Shown piece after piece: positions 38,648-49,100 of a DNA stretch of 64,000 nt (the stretch's first letter is position 1; every line of letters starts with the position of its first letter). The stretch covers positions 2,572,439 to 2,636,438 of the forward strand of contig OZ219856.1 of NCBI GenBank assembly GCA_964291395.2, in the 5' to 3' direction. The notes under the pieces were generated by a model. That model worked only from the letters and a program-made list of their open reading frames with translations, searched no databases and was not told the origin of the DNA. The DNA is from Alphaproteobacteria bacterium (lineage in GTDB: Bacteria; Pseudomonadota; Alphaproteobacteria; UBA2966). Position numbers and translations under genes: made by a program.

Positions 38648-39424
38648 ATGAAACGTTTCACCACCGCGTTGGCGGCGGCGGCACTTGCCGTCGCGGCCGG
38701 CACCGCGTCCGTGTCCGCCGGAGAAGAGCTCCGGATCGGAGTCGAAGGCGCCTATCCACCGTTCTCCTGGAAAGAGGCGGACGGGTCCCTGAAGGGATTC
38801 GACATCGATATCACGTTCGCTCTCTGCGAGAAGATGGGTCGCGAATGCACGCTCGTCGAGCAGGACTGGGACGGCATGATCCCCGCCCTCCTCGCGAGGA
38901 AGTACGACGCCATCGTCGCGTCGATGTCCATCACCGAGGAGCGAAAGAAGCGCGTCGACTTCACCGGCAAGTACTACAACACGCCGGCGCGTTTCGTGGC
39001 CACGGAAGGATCGGACCTCGACGTTTCACCGGCCGGGCTGGCCGGAAAGGCGGTGGGCGTGCAGCGTGGGACGACTCACCAGTGCTTCATGGAGAAGCTC
39101 TTTCCGGAGGCCGACCTGAGGCTCTATCAGACGCAGGAGGAGGTCTTCCTCGATCTGGCCGCGGGGAGGCTCGATGCCCAGTTCTCGGATGCACTCCAGG
39201 CCGACGAAGGCTTTCTCAAGTTGGACGCGGGCAAGGGCTTCGCCTTCGTCGGCGGTCCTCAGTACGACCTGGAATGCCACGGCGAGGGCGCCGGCGTCGC
39301 CTTGCGCAAAGGCGAGGACGAGCTTCGTCAGGCGTTCAACGCGGCGATCCTGGCGATCCGCGAAGACGGCACCTACAAGTCGATCAACGACAAGTATTTC
39401 GACTTCGACGTGTACGGCGACTAG
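38648..39424 (+). CDS. Basic amino acid ABC binding protein (HisJ/ArgT-like)
   Basis: IGVEGAYPPFS, DWDGMIPAL, SMSITEERKK. Confidence 0.92.
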   Translation: MKRFTTALAAAALAVAAGTASVSAGEELRIGVEGAYPPFSWKEADGSLKGFDIDITFALCEKMGRECTLVEQDWDGMIPALLARKYDAIVASMSITEERKKRVDFTGKYYNTPARFVATEGSDLDVSPAGLAGKAVGVQRGTTHQCFMEKLFPEADLRLYQTQEEVFLDLAAGRLDAQFSDALQADEGFLKLDAGKGFAFVGGPQYDLECHGEGAGVALRKGEDELRQAFNAAILAIREDGTYKSINDKYFDFDVYGD

Positions 39425-39558
39425 CCCGCCGACGGCCGGGTGAAACCTCCGGGTGAAGAGTCCCCGGTGAAGCGGGGCTGCCCGAGTTCGCGCGACGGGC
39501 CCCGCCGGTCGCTCCCCGCGCCTTCGATCGCCGCCCGGCGGGCGGGCTCCGGGCCCAG

Positions 39559-40248
39559 ATGGACACGGTAGTCGCCTATCTGCCGGCCATTCTGAGGGGC
39601 ACCAGCGTCACCGTCGCGGTGGCCCTGTGCTCGGCGGTGCTGGCCGTGCTTCTGGGGCTGCTCGGCGCGTGGGGGAAGATCGCGCCGTCGCGGACCGCGA
39701 ACGCCGTCACCGGCGCCTACACCACCCTCGTCCGCGGGGTCCCCGATCTCGTGCTGATGCTGCTCCTGTTCTACGGAGGGCAGCAACTCCTGAACGACAT
39801 CGGCGCCGCCACCGGGTGGTGGGGATATATCGAAATCAGCCACTTCACCGCCGGCGTATTCACCATCGGGTTCATCTACGGCGCCTACATGACCGAGACG
39901 TTCCGCGGCGCCTATCTCGCGATCCCGAGAGGCCAGATCGAGGCCGGGACCGCCTGCGGCATGAGCGGCAGCCTGGTGTTCCGCCGTATCGTCTGGCCGC
40001 AGCTCGTGCGCTACGCCCTCCCCGGATTCGGCAACAACTGGCTGGTGCTCCTCAAGACCACCGCCCTCGTATCGGTGCTGGGCTTGCACGAACTGGTCTG
40101 GGAGTCGTTCACCGCCGGCCGGTCCACGCGCCAGCTCTTCACCTTCTTCTTCGTAACCCTGGCCATCTACCTGGTGTTGACCGCGATCTCGGACACGGGG
40201 CTCAGGTGGCTCGAGCGCAAGTACAGCGCCGGCGTGAGAAGGGCCTGA
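39559..40248 (+). CDS. Polar amino acid ABC permease (HisQ-like)
   Basis: YTTLVRGVPDLV, ETFRGA...GQIEAG..CGMS, LKTTALVS. Confidence 0.92.
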   Translation: MDTVVAYLPAILRGTSVTVAVALCSAVLAVLLGLLGAWGKIAPSRTANAVTGAYTTLVRGVPDLVLMLLLFYGGQQLLNDIGAATGWWGYIEISHFTAGVFTIGFIYGAYMTETFRGAYLAIPRGQIEAGTACGMSGSLVFRRIVWPQLVRYALPGFGNNWLVLLKTTALVSVLGLHELVWESFTAGRSTRQLFTFFFVTLAIYLVLTAISDTGLRWLERKYSAGVRRA

Positions 40249-40251
40249 ACG

Positions 40252-41010
40252 GTGGACGATCCGCGCGGCCCGAGCCTCCTCGACGCGATCCGCGACTTCA
40301 GCGGGAACGCGTCGCCGCTCGATTTCGTGCTCATCATCCAGCACTGGGAGATGTTTGCGGCCGGAGTCGGCTACACCCTGCTGCTGGTCGCGGTCTCGCT
40401 CGTCATCGGCGGTGCGCTCTCGCTGCCGCTCGCCGTCGCGAGAGCCTACCGGACTCCCGTCGTCAATCAGGTGGTCTGGGCCTACGTCTACCTCTTTCGC
40501 GGCACCCCGCTCCTGGTGCAGCTCTACATCATCTACTACGGCGTCGGGCAGTTCGAAATCGTGCGCGAGAGCGTCCTCTGGCTGGTCCTGCGCGAGCCCC
40601 TGTGGTGCACCCTCATCGCCTTCGTGCTGAATACCGCCGCCTATACGACCGAGATATTCCGCGGAGCCATCGAGGCGGTGCCGTACGGGGAGGTCGAGGC
40701 AGCCAAGGCATACGGCATGTCGGCCCGGCTGCGCACGTCCCGGATCGTGCTGCCGAACGCCCTGCGCCGGGCGTTGCCGGCGTATTCCAACGAGGTCATC
40801 TTCATGCTGCACGGCAGCGTGGTCGCGAGCACGGTGACCATCGTCGATATCCTCGGCGCGGGGCGGATCCTCAACTCGAAATACTATCTGGCCTACGAGG
40901 GCTTCCTCGCCGCCGCGGTGCTCTACATGCTCCTGGTGTACGCCATTACCCGGGGCTTCAAGATCTGGGAGCGGCACTGGCACGCACATCTTCGCCCGCG
41001 CGCAGCCTGA
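40252..41010 (+). CDS. Polar amino acid ABC permease (HisM-like)
   Basis: FRGTPLLVQL, EIFRGA...EVEAAKAYGMS (intact EAA loop), ALPAYSNE. Confidence 0.92.
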   Translation: MDDPRGPSLLDAIRDFSGNASPLDFVLIIQHWEMFAAGVGYTLLLVAVSLVIGGALSLPLAVARAYRTPVVNQVVWAYVYLFRGTPLLVQLYIIYYGVGQFEIVRESVLWLVLREPLWCTLIAFVLNTAAYTTEIFRGAIEAVPYGEVEAAKAYGMSARLRTSRIVLPNALRRALPAYSNEVIFMLHGSVVASTVTIVDILGAGRILNSKYYLAYEGFLAAAVLYMLLVYAITRGFKIWERHWHAHLRPRAA

Positions 41011-41067
41011 CCGCCTCCGGACGGGCGGATCCGCGCGCGACCCGTCCCGCGGCCGAAGAAGACCACA

Positions 41068-41111
41068 CCCTCCTCCGCCCTCCCCGTTCAACGGGGGAGG
41101 GTTGGGCGGGG
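41068..41111. repeat. GC-rich palindrome (REP-like or bidirectional terminator)
   Basis: CCCTCCCC-GTTCAACG-GGGGAGGG stem between convergent genes. Confidence 0.55.
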
Positions 41112-41125
41112 ATGGCCGGCCGTCA

Positions 41126-41524
41126 TTACGAGCCCCCCAGGACGAGCCCCAGCGCCATCGCGGCGATGGCGATCGTCGCGACGCCCCAGACGATGCTGCG
41201 AAGCCAGCGGAGTCCGGAGGCGTAGGCGGGCAGGTAGACCACCCGGCTGCAGAACCATATCCAGCCGCCGTACGAGGTCAGTTCGTTGGCGCGGCCGGAC
41301 AACTCGGCGGCAATGAGCACCGCCAGGGCGGCGGGCAGCGTTTCGAGATAATTCGTGAACGCGCGCCGCAAACGCCCGCTCAACAGGGTTTCGCGCGGCG
41401 GATCGTCGCGAGCGCCGAACGCCCAGGCGTTTCCGGCGACGCCCCATTGCGTCAATCCGTGTGCGCAGACATGGACGAACAGCCACGCCCCCGCAAGCAC
41501 GATCAGCAAAACTTCGTCGGTCAC
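41126..41524 (-). CDS. MAPEG family membrane protein
   Basis: GRLRRAFTNYLE, SRVVYLPAY, WLRSIVW. Confidence 0.85.
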   Translation of the reverse strand: MTDEVLLIVLAGAWLFVHVCAHGLTQWGVAGNAWAFGARDDPPRETLLSGRLRRAFTNYLETLPAALAVLIAAELSGRANELTSYGGWIWFCSRVVYLPAYASGLRWLRSIVWGVATIAIAAMALGLVLGGS

Positions 41525-41621
41525 TGTTTTCTCACTTCCACCTCGGCCGCGATTTGGCGCCGGGGCGCAAATCCGAGTTAGGATTTCTTGTTCGCATAGG
41601 ATACTTAGTCAGAGAAGGCCG

Positions 41622-42620
41622 ATGCCAACGAGCTTACTTGAGGTCAGGGACCTGCGTACGGTCTTTCACACGCGCGAAGCCGTCATCCACGCCGTCAATT
41701 CAGTGAGTTTCGACCTTCGACAGGGTGAGATACTCGGTGTCGTCGGGGAGTCGGGGTCCGGTAAGTCGGTGACGATGATGTCGCTGCTCGGCCTCTTGCC
41801 GTCGCCGCCGGCGGAAATCACCGGTGGTCGCGTCATGTTCGACGGACGGACGCTGCTCGGCATGCAACCCGAGGAATTGCGCCGCACATGCGGCCGCGAG
41901 ATCGGGTTCGTCTTTCAAAATCCGACGACATCGCTGAACCCGGTTTTTTCGGTCGGATTCCAGCTGATGGAGCCATTGCGGCGCCATCTCGGACTATCGC
42001 GCCGGGCGGCAAGGGCCCGGGCCGCGGAGTTGCTCGAACTGGTCGGTATCCCCGATGCCGGGCGCCGCCTGTCCGACTATCCGCACCAGTTCTCGGGCGG
42101 GATGTGCCAGCGGGTCATGATCGCGATCGCCCTGTCGTGCACGCCCCGGATCCTGATCGCCGACGAACCGACCACGGCGCTCGACGTCACGATCCAGTCC
42201 CAGATCCTCGAGCTGATCGAGAATCTGCGGCACAAGCTCGGCATGGCCGTCATCTGGATCACCCATGATCTCGGCGTAATCGCCGAAATTGCCGATCGCG
42301 TCCTCGTGATGTATGCCGGCCAGATCGTCGAACACGCACCGGCGGGAGATTTGTTTACCCGCCCGCGGCACCCGTATACCCGTGCCCTCCTGCGTACGAT
42401 GCCGGCGACGCGCGATGACGGCCCCGCTCGGCTTCGGACGATTCCGGGCCAGACACCTACTCTGGTTGCCGATCTCGTCGAATGTCCGTTTCGCCCGCGA
42501 TGCGAAGAGGCGTTCGCGCGTTGCCGGCAGGAGGTTCCGCGGCGCATGGCCTGTACCGACACGCACGATGCAGCGTGTTTTCTCGTATACCGTCCCGGGG
42601 CCGACACCCATGCCTTGTGA
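41622..42620 (+). CDS. Peptide ABC transporter ATPase (OppD/DppD-like)
   Basis: GESGSGKS, YPHQFSGG, IADEPTTALD, C-terminal Cys cluster. Confidence 0.92.
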   Translation: MPTSLLEVRDLRTVFHTREAVIHAVNSVSFDLRQGEILGVVGESGSGKSVTMMSLLGLLPSPPAEITGGRVMFDGRTLLGMQPEELRRTCGREIGFVFQNPTTSLNPVFSVGFQLMEPLRRHLGLSRRAARARAAELLELVGIPDAGRRLSDYPHQFSGGMCQRVMIAIALSCTPRILIADEPTTALDVTIQSQILELIENLRHKLGMAVIWITHDLGVIAEIADRVLVMYAGQIVEHAPAGDLFTRPRHPYTRALLRTMPATRDDGPARLRTIPGQTPTLVADLVECPFRPRCEEAFARCRQEVPRRMACTDTHDAACFLVYRPGADTHAL

Positions 42621-43626
42621 CCGCGACGTTTCCCGGACGCTTCTGGAGGTCGAGGACCTCAAGGTTCATTTTCCGGTGACCTCCGGCCTGCTGCGGCGCG
42701 AGACCGGTCGCATCAAGGCGGTCGACGGAATCTCGTTCCGCGTGCGAAGCGGCGAGACCCTCGGGATAGTCGGCGAGTCGGGCTCGGGGAAGACGACCGC
42801 GGGTCGCGCCATACTGCGCCTCACCGGTATAACGGCGGGCAAGGTGCGGATGGACGGCACGGACATCACGGCGGCCGACAGGCGTACGCTCAAACGCATG
42901 CGGCCGCTGATGCAGATGATCTTCCAGGACCCCCAGTCGAGTCTCAATCCGCGCATGACCATCGCCGACATCATCGGCGAGCCGCTCGACGAACATCGCC
43001 GGCCGACGCGGCGGGAGAGGGCGTTGCGGATCGGCGAATTGATGGACGCCGTCGGCCTCAACCGGGACTATGCCGACCGCTTTCCGCACGAGTTCTCGGG
43101 AGGACAGCGTCAACGGATCGGAATCGCCCGGGCTCTTGCGCTCAACCCGAGACTGATCGTGTGCGACGAGCCGATCGCGAGCCTCGATTTCTCCATCCAG
43201 GCCCAGGTCGTGAATCTGCTCGCGGACCTGCAGGTGGAATTCGCGCTCACCTATCTTTTCATCAGCCACGATCTCGGCATGATCCGGCACATGGCCGATC
43301 GTGTCGCGGTGATGTATCTCGGAAAGATCGTCGAACTGGCCCCGACGAACGCACTTTACCGCAGCCCCCGGCATCCATACACGCAGGCGCTGCTGTCGGC
43401 CGCGCCGGAGATCTCGGGCGCGGCCGGCCGCGACCGCGTGGTGCTGCACGGCGAAGCGCCGTCCCCTCAGCATCCACCCGGCGGATGCGTGTTCCAAAGC
43501 CGCTGCCCGGTGGCGGCCGACATCTGCAAGACGCGGGCGCCCCGACTCGAGGAAATCGCGGCAAACCGTCTTGTCGCCTGCCATCTCTGCACCCCGGACC
43601 TCGTGGTGGAATCCGATCGGCCTTAG
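42610..43626 (+). CDS. Peptide ABC transporter ATPase (OppF/DppF-like)
   Basis: GESGSGKT, FPHEFSGGQRQR, VCDEP, GCVFQSRCP. Confidence 0.92.
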   Translation: MPCDRDVSRTLLEVEDLKVHFPVTSGLLRRETGRIKAVDGISFRVRSGETLGIVGESGSGKTTAGRAILRLTGITAGKVRMDGTDITAADRRTLKRMRPLMQMIFQDPQSSLNPRMTIADIIGEPLDEHRRPTRRERALRIGELMDAVGLNRDYADRFPHEFSGGQRQRIGIARALALNPRLIVCDEPIASLDFSIQAQVVNLLADLQVEFALTYLFISHDLGMIRHMADRVAVMYLGKIVELAPTNALYRSPRHPYTQALLSAAPEISGAAGRDRVVLHGEAPSPQHPPGGCVFQSRCPVAADICKTRAPRLEEIAANRLVACHLCTPDLVVESDRP

Positions 43627-43667
43627 ACGCGTAAAGTCCCGGACAGGCCCCAACAGGAGAAGACAGC

Positions 43668-45365
43668 ATGAAAGCGATATCGTTGGCGATCATGATGACG
43701 GGCGCCCTGCTCGTTTCCGGCGCGGCGGCGGCTGAGCGGGGACGCGACGGTCATGTCAGCATCATCTACTGGCAGGCCCCGTCGATCCTCAATCCGTATC
43801 TCTCGGGCGGGACCAAGGATCTCGAGGCCGCGTCGATGATCCTGGAACCGCTCGCCCGGTTCGACGAGTCGGGAAACCTTACTCCCTGGCTGGCCGCTTC
43901 TGTGCCGACGGTGGCCAATGGCGGGGTGTCCGCCGACTTGAAGACCATCACCTGGAAGCTGCGCGAGGGCCTCCTCTGGTCGGACGGAAGCCCGGTGACG
44001 GCCGCCGATGTCGTGTTTACCGCCGAATACTGCCGCGACCCCGCCGGCGGCTGTTCGCAGCTTGCGAAGTTTGACGACGTGACCGCGGTCGAGGCGGTCG
44101 ACGATCTGACCGTGGAGGTCACCTTCGGCATCCCCAAGCCCTATCCCTACGCCCCCTTCGTCGGCGCCACGTCGCCGATCCTGCAGAAGGCGCAATTCGC
44201 GGATTGCACCGGCGCCCGGGCTCCGGAATGTACCGAGGCCAATTTCAACCCGATCGGCACCGGCCCCTTTCGCGTGACCGAGTTCCGGTCGAACGACGTG
44301 ATCTCCCTCGCGGCCAATCCCCACTATCGCGATCCGGCGAAACCGGCCTTTGCGACCGTCACGTTCAAGGGCGGCGGCGATGCCGCCGCGGCGGCGCGGG
44401 CCGTCCTGGAAACCGGCGAATTCGACTACGCCTGGAACCTGCAGCTCGCTCCGGAGGTGCTGCAAGGTATGCTGGCAGCGGGCAAGGGGGCGCTGGTCTC
44501 GAGTTTCGGAACCTTGGTCGAGCGGCTCGTGGTCAACCTGACCGATCCGGCCCCGGAGCTGGGCGACGCACGCTCCACCCGCGCCCATCCGCACCCGTTT
44601 CTGTCGGACCGCGCCGTCCGCAAGGCCCTGTCGATGGCCATCGACCGCGAGCTTCTCGTCGAGATCGGCTACGGCCAGGCCGGACGGCCGACCTGCAATA
44701 TCGTTCCGGCACCGGAGATCTACGCGTCGAGCGCGAACGAGGATTGTCTGGTGCAGGACATCGAAGGCGCAAAGCGTTTGCTCGACGAGGCCGGCTGGCG
44801 GCCGGGGCCGGACGGCATACGGCGGAAGGGCGGCATACGGCTTTCGATCCTGTACCAGACCTCGACCAACGCGGTTCGGCAGGATTTCCAGGCTCTGATC
44901 AAGCAGTGGTGGTCGGAGATCGGCGTCGAAACGGAACTCCGCAACATCGACGCGTCGGTGTTTTTCGGCGGTGACCCGGGCAGTCCGGACACCTATCAGA
45001 AGTTCTTCGCCGATATCGAGATGTACGCGAACAACTTCGAGGGCGCCGACCCGGAACCGTATCTCGGCGGCTGGCGTTGCGGCAACGAACCGCGGCCGGC
45101 CTCCCAATGGCAGGGTGAGAACATGCCGCGGTATTGCAGCGAAGAGTACGATCGGCTGCTCGGGGAAATGGCGAAGACCGGCGATCTCGGCGAGAGGGCC
45201 CGCCTCGCCAAAGCCATGAACGACATGCTGGTTCAGGACCATGTGCTGATCCCGCTGGTTCACCGCGGGCGCGTGTCCGCTCACGCGCACTCGCTCGGCG
45301 GCGTCCTGCTGAATACCTGGGACAGCGAGATCTGGAACATCGCCGACTGGCATCGGACGCGATGA
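43668..45365 (+). CDS. Peptide ABC transporter binding protein (family 5)
   Basis: WQAPSILNPYLSGGTKD, WSDGSPVTAADV, PIGTGPF. Confidence 0.92.
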   Translation: MKAISLAIMMTGALLVSGAAAAERGRDGHVSIIYWQAPSILNPYLSGGTKDLEAASMILEPLARFDESGNLTPWLAASVPTVANGGVSADLKTITWKLREGLLWSDGSPVTAADVVFTAEYCRDPAGGCSQLAKFDDVTAVEAVDDLTVEVTFGIPKPYPYAPFVGATSPILQKAQFADCTGARAPECTEANFNPIGTGPFRVTEFRSNDVISLAANPHYRDPAKPAFATVTFKGGGDAAAAARAVLETGEFDYAWNLQLAPEVLQGMLAAGKGALVSSFGTLVERLVVNLTDPAPELGDARSTRAHPHPFLSDRAVRKALSMAIDRELLVEIGYGQAGRPTCNIVPAPEIYASSANEDCLVQDIEGAKRLLDEAGWRPGPDGIRRKGGIRLSILYQTSTNAVRQDFQALIKQWWSEIGVETELRNIDASVFFGGDPGSPDTYQKFFADIEMYANNFEGADPEPYLGGWRCGNEPRPASQWQGENMPRYCSEEYDRLLGEMAKTGDLGERARLAKAMNDMLVQDHVLIPLVHRGRVSAHAHSLGGVLLNTWDSEIWNIADWHRTR

Positions 45366-45466
45366 CGCCGCGCCCGAGAGAGAGCCTGACGTTCGGGCAC
45401 CCGAACGGCGGCGGGCGGACGGCCGTACCACGGACAGCCGGCCGCAGGGCCTGACGCGGCGGCGGT

Positions 45467-46474
45467 ATGCTCGTCTATACCGTCCGGCGGATACTCGTCG
45501 CGGTTCCGACGCTGCTCCTCATCAGCCTGATCCTGTTCCTGTTGCTCGATCTCGCCCCCGGGGACCCCACGGCGCAACTGCCGTTGACGATCCCGCCGGA
45601 GGTGAAGGAGAAGATTCGCCTGTCTCTCGGGCTCGGCGAGCCGATCCATGTCCGCTACCTGCTCTGGCTCCAGCAGTTCTTCGTCAACGAACCGCTTCAT
45701 CTGCTATCGGAACTGACGGGTCTGGACCTCGCCGGCGATCGACCAAGAGTGATTTCCTGGCAGTCGCGCTCACCGGTCGTCGATATCGTGGTCGAGCGAC
45801 TGCCGCAGACCTTATGGGTCGTGGGGCTGTCCTACGTCATCGGCGTTCTGATCGCCGTCCCGGTCGGGGTCGTCTCGGCCTGCCGCCAGTACAGCTGGTT
45901 CGATCAGCTCGGCACATTCGCGTCCATGGTCGGGTTCTCGGTTCCGACCTTCTTCAGCGGCGTATTGCTGATCGTCGTCTTCTCCGTCCATCTCGGCTGG
46001 TTCCCGTCGATCTACGATACGACCCACAGGGTCACCGACTGGGACAGCCTCCTGTACCAGGTCCGGCAGATGGCCATGCCGGTGATGGTCCTTGCGTTCT
46101 ACAACGCGGCGCAGATCAGCCGCTTCATGCGGGCATCCACGCTCGACAACCTGAATCTCGACTATGTCCGCACTGCTCGGGCCAAGGGAATGCCGGAGCG
46201 GACAGTCATCCTCGTTCACGTGTTGCGGAACTCGATAGGCCCGGTGGTCACCGTTATCGCGCTCGGCGTCCCGGCCATATTCGGCGGCGCGATCATCACC
46301 GAGCAGGTCTTCAAGGTTAACGGGCTCGGCCAGCTCCTGATCATCTCGATCCAGGCCAGTGACCTTCCGATGGTGCAGACCCTGACGTTCATCTTCGCCG
46401 TCCTGATCGTCCTGTTCAATCTGCTCGCGGACCTCCTGTACGGCATTGTCGATCCGAGGATCCGCTATGATTGA
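45467..46474 (+). CDS. Peptide ABC permease (OppB-like)
   Basis: LAPGDP, DYVRTARAKG, NLLADLLYGIVDPRI. Confidence 0.92.
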   Translation: MLVYTVRRILVAVPTLLLISLILFLLLDLAPGDPTAQLPLTIPPEVKEKIRLSLGLGEPIHVRYLLWLQQFFVNEPLHLLSELTGLDLAGDRPRVISWQSRSPVVDIVVERLPQTLWVVGLSYVIGVLIAVPVGVVSACRQYSWFDQLGTFASMVGFSVPTFFSGVLLIVVFSVHLGWFPSIYDTTHRVTDWDSLLYQVRQMAMPVMVLAFYNAAQISRFMRASTLDNLNLDYVRTARAKGMPERTVILVHVLRNSIGPVVTVIALGVPAIFGGAIITEQVFKVNGLGQLLIISIQASDLPMVQTLTFIFAVLIVLFNLLADLLYGIVDPRIRYD

Positions 46475-47363
46475 GGCCGCTCCGCTGCGGAGCTCTCGCG
46501 GGCGTGACGTGTGGCTGCAATTCAAGAGCCACAAGGGGGCGCTGCTCGGGTGCGGCTTCTTCGTCTTCGTCCTGTGTTTCGTCACGATCGGCCCCGCGTT
46601 CTGGACGATCGATCCCCAGTTCATCGACATCCGGGTGCGCAATTCGGGAATGAGCCTCGCCCATCCCCTGGGCACCGACCAGCTCGGGCGAGACATGCTC
46701 GCCCGCCTGATGATCGGTGGCCGGACCTCGGTCGCGGTCGGCATTGCCGCGATGCTGTTGTCGCTTCTCATCGGCAGCCTGATCGGCGTTCTGGCCGGAT
46801 TCATGCGGGGGCTCGATGGTCCGCTGATGCGCCTCACGGACCTGTTTCTGGCCCTGCCGCTCCTGCCCCTGCTGCTCGTCATCATCTTGCTGTTTCGCGA
46901 TACGCTTCGGGCGACCTTCGGGCCGGAAACGGGTATCTTCTTCCTGATTGTCGCGGTCATAGGCATCACCAGCTGGATGCAGACCGCCCGGGTCGTCCGG
47001 GGCGAGGTTCTTACCGTCAAGGAACGCGAGTTCGTGATCGCGGCGAAGTCCATCGGCACGCCGGCACACCGGATCGTCCGGCGCCATATTCTGCCGAACG
47101 TCCTATCGCCGATCATGGTTTCGGCGGCCCTCGGCATAGCCAATGCCATCATCACCGAATCGGCGTTGTCCTTTCTCGGGCTCGGATTTCCGTCGGATTT
47201 CGCGACGTGGGGACGCCTGCTGTTCGATGCCACGGACTATCTGCAGGGATATCCGAGCCGGGTGCTGTGGCCCGGCTTGGCGATTTCGCTGACCGTCCTG
47301 TCGGTCAACTACATGGGCGACGGGCTCCGCGATTCGCTCGATCCACGAATGCGTGGGCGCTGA
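46467..47363 (+). CDS. Peptide ABC permease (OppC-like)
   Basis: HPLGTDQLGRD, EFVIAAKSIG, HILPN, ESALSFLGLG, GDGLRD. Confidence 0.92.
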   Translation: MIEAAPLRSSRGRDVWLQFKSHKGALLGCGFFVFVLCFVTIGPAFWTIDPQFIDIRVRNSGMSLAHPLGTDQLGRDMLARLMIGGRTSVAVGIAAMLLSLLIGSLIGVLAGFMRGLDGPLMRLTDLFLALPLLPLLLVIILLFRDTLRATFGPETGIFFLIVAVIGITSWMQTARVVRGEVLTVKEREFVIAAKSIGTPAHRIVRRHILPNVLSPIMVSAALGIANAIITESALSFLGLGFPSDFATWGRLLFDATDYLQGYPSRVLWPGLAISLTVLSVNYMGDGLRDSLDPRMRGR

Positions 47364-47410
47364 CTCTGCCCTTGACCCGTCCCGGCGTTCTGCCGTAGGG
47401 GAATAGAGAC

Positions 47411-48283
47411 ATGGCGCTTGAGATCAGACCGACCGACGCGACCCTCGGCGCCGTCGTCCGCGGCGTTCGGCTCTCCTCCCTGGACGACGGCATGTTCCCC
47501 GACATCGAGCGCGCGTGGCATGACTTCGCCGTGCTGGTCTTTCCGGACCAGCATCTTTCCGAGGCGGACCAGATCGCCTTCAGCCGCCGCTTCGGGCCTT
47601 TGGAGCGCAGCCTCACCGCCAACAACGTTGGCGCCGACCCGGACATCATCGTGCTGTCCAACGTCAAGGAGGACGGCAGCCTCTGGCCGGACGAGAGCGC
47701 GCATGGCCTGTTCCTGAAGGGCAACAACCATTGGCACACCGACAGTTCGTACAAACGCCTTCCGGCCAAGGGGTCCGCCTTGGCCGCAAGGATCGTGCCG
47801 GAGACCGGCGGCGAGACCGCGTTTGCCGACATGCGCGCGGCATATGACGCTCTCGACCCCGAGATGCGCACCTACCTCTCGGACAAGATCGCCGTGCACA
47901 GCTATGCGTACAGCCAGGGCAAGGTCGGCGGAACGAAAGCCCTGAGCCAAGCGGAATGGGACGCGCTGCCGCCGGTCCGGCATCCCGTGATCCGGCGCCA
48001 TCCGGAGACCCGGCGGCCGTGTCTCTATATCGGGCGCCATGCGAGCCATCTCGTCGGCGAAGACGAGAGCGAGAGCCGCCGGCTGCTCGAGCGGCTGTGC
48101 GCGGAGGCGTGCCGGCCTCCTCGGATCTACACCCACCGATGGCGGGTTGGCGACTTGGTCCTGTGGGACAATCGCTGCGTTCTCCATCGTGGCCTCGGCC
48201 ATCCGGGCGACCAGGCACGCCACATGACCCGCACCACCATCGCGGGCGATGGCGAGTCCAACGAATGGCTGCTCTCCGCCTGA
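47411..48283 (+). CDS. TauD/TfdA family 2-oxoglutarate dioxygenase
   Basis: WHTDSSY (HxD), GGETAFAD, LWDNRCVLHR. Confidence 0.92.
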   Translation: MALEIRPTDATLGAVVRGVRLSSLDDGMFPDIERAWHDFAVLVFPDQHLSEADQIAFSRRFGPLERSLTANNVGADPDIIVLSNVKEDGSLWPDESAHGLFLKGNNHWHTDSSYKRLPAKGSALAARIVPETGGETAFADMRAAYDALDPEMRTYLSDKIAVHSYAYSQGKVGGTKALSQAEWDALPPVRHPVIRRHPETRRPCLYIGRHASHLVGEDESESRRLLERLCAEACRPPRIYTHRWRVGDLVLWDNRCVLHRGLGHPGDQARHMTRTTIAGDGESNEWLLSA

Positions 48284-48319
48284 CACATCCGTTGCCGGGG
48301 AACCGAAGGCAGCGTTTGG

Positions 48320-48555
48320 TCACGCTTTCGCCGTGGAGCGCAATGTCGAGACCCGGGCTCTCCCGGTCTCCTTCGACGCGAAGGCCGGTCACGAGCCGGA
48401 CGACCATCAACAGTATGAACGTGGCGATGGCGCAGTATCCGGCGGTGACGAGAACGCTGATGGCCTGGATCGCGACCTGGAACGTTGCCCTCGATGGCGC
48501 CCGGGACGCCGCCCGCGGCAAGCGCCGAGCCGGCGTTGAAGCCGAACCAGCCGAC
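48320..48555 (-). pseudogene. Collapsed ammonium transporter remnant
   Basis: VGWFGFNAGSALAAGG joined directly to VPGAIEGNV[fs]QVAIQ...GLRV...GLDIALHGE; 5' half absent. Confidence 0.85.
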
Positions 48556-48693
48556 TTAGAGACGCCCGGCAGGCGTTGTCTTGCGTGCGGGTTTGCGCTT
48601 GGGTTTGTGGACAATGGTGTCGGTGCGGGCTAGAAGGGTGTCGCTGTTTCGGGGTGTCCGGGATGGTTGAGAGGATTTTGGAGGGGTGGAGCG

Positions 48694-49032
48694 ATGGATG
48701 TTGCGACGGAACGGCAGGACGACGTCTTGTCGGTCCTGGTGAGCGGTCGCATTGACGGTTCCAATGCTGCGGCGTTCGAGGAGTCGGTTAGAGCGGCGAT
48801 TTCGGACAGCGACCGAGCGGTGATCATGGACCTTGAGAAGCTTTCTTATATCAGCAGCGCGGGTCTTCGTGTTTTGCTGATGATTGCCAAGAATCTTTCG
48901 GGTCGGGACGCCAAGCTGGCGCTTTGCGCCATGTCGGATCAGATTCGGGAGGTTATCGAGATAAGCGGTTTCGACAAGATCATCCCGGTTCACCCGTCCA
49001 AGGCCGAGGCGCTTGCGTCCCTGGACGGCTGA
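48694..49032 (+). CDS. STAS anti-sigma factor antagonist (RsbV/SpoIIAA-like)
   Basis: SGRID, MDLEKLSYISSAGLRVLL with phospho-Ser, ISGFDKII. Confidence 0.92.
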   Translation: MDVATERQDDVLSVLVSGRIDGSNAAAFEESVRAAISDSDRAVIMDLEKLSYISSAGLRVLLMIAKNLSGRDAKLALCAMSDQIREVIEISGFDKIIPVHPSKAEALASLDG

Positions 49033-49100
49033 TCTGGTGGGGTGGGCGTTTTCTGCGCCTTGTTTGTGGTTCTGGGTGCCGCGACGCGGGGGTCTGAGGG

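Noticed and set aside
39436-39478. Three CCGG(G)TGAA motifs after the binding-protein gene
   Set aside because: Too short and irregular for an array; probably an intra-operon stabilising hairpin
41589-41616. dif-like sequence TGTTCGCATAGGATACTTAGTCAG
   Set aside because: XerC-like arm only; the XerD arm TTATGTTAAA is not matched; more likely promoter DNA
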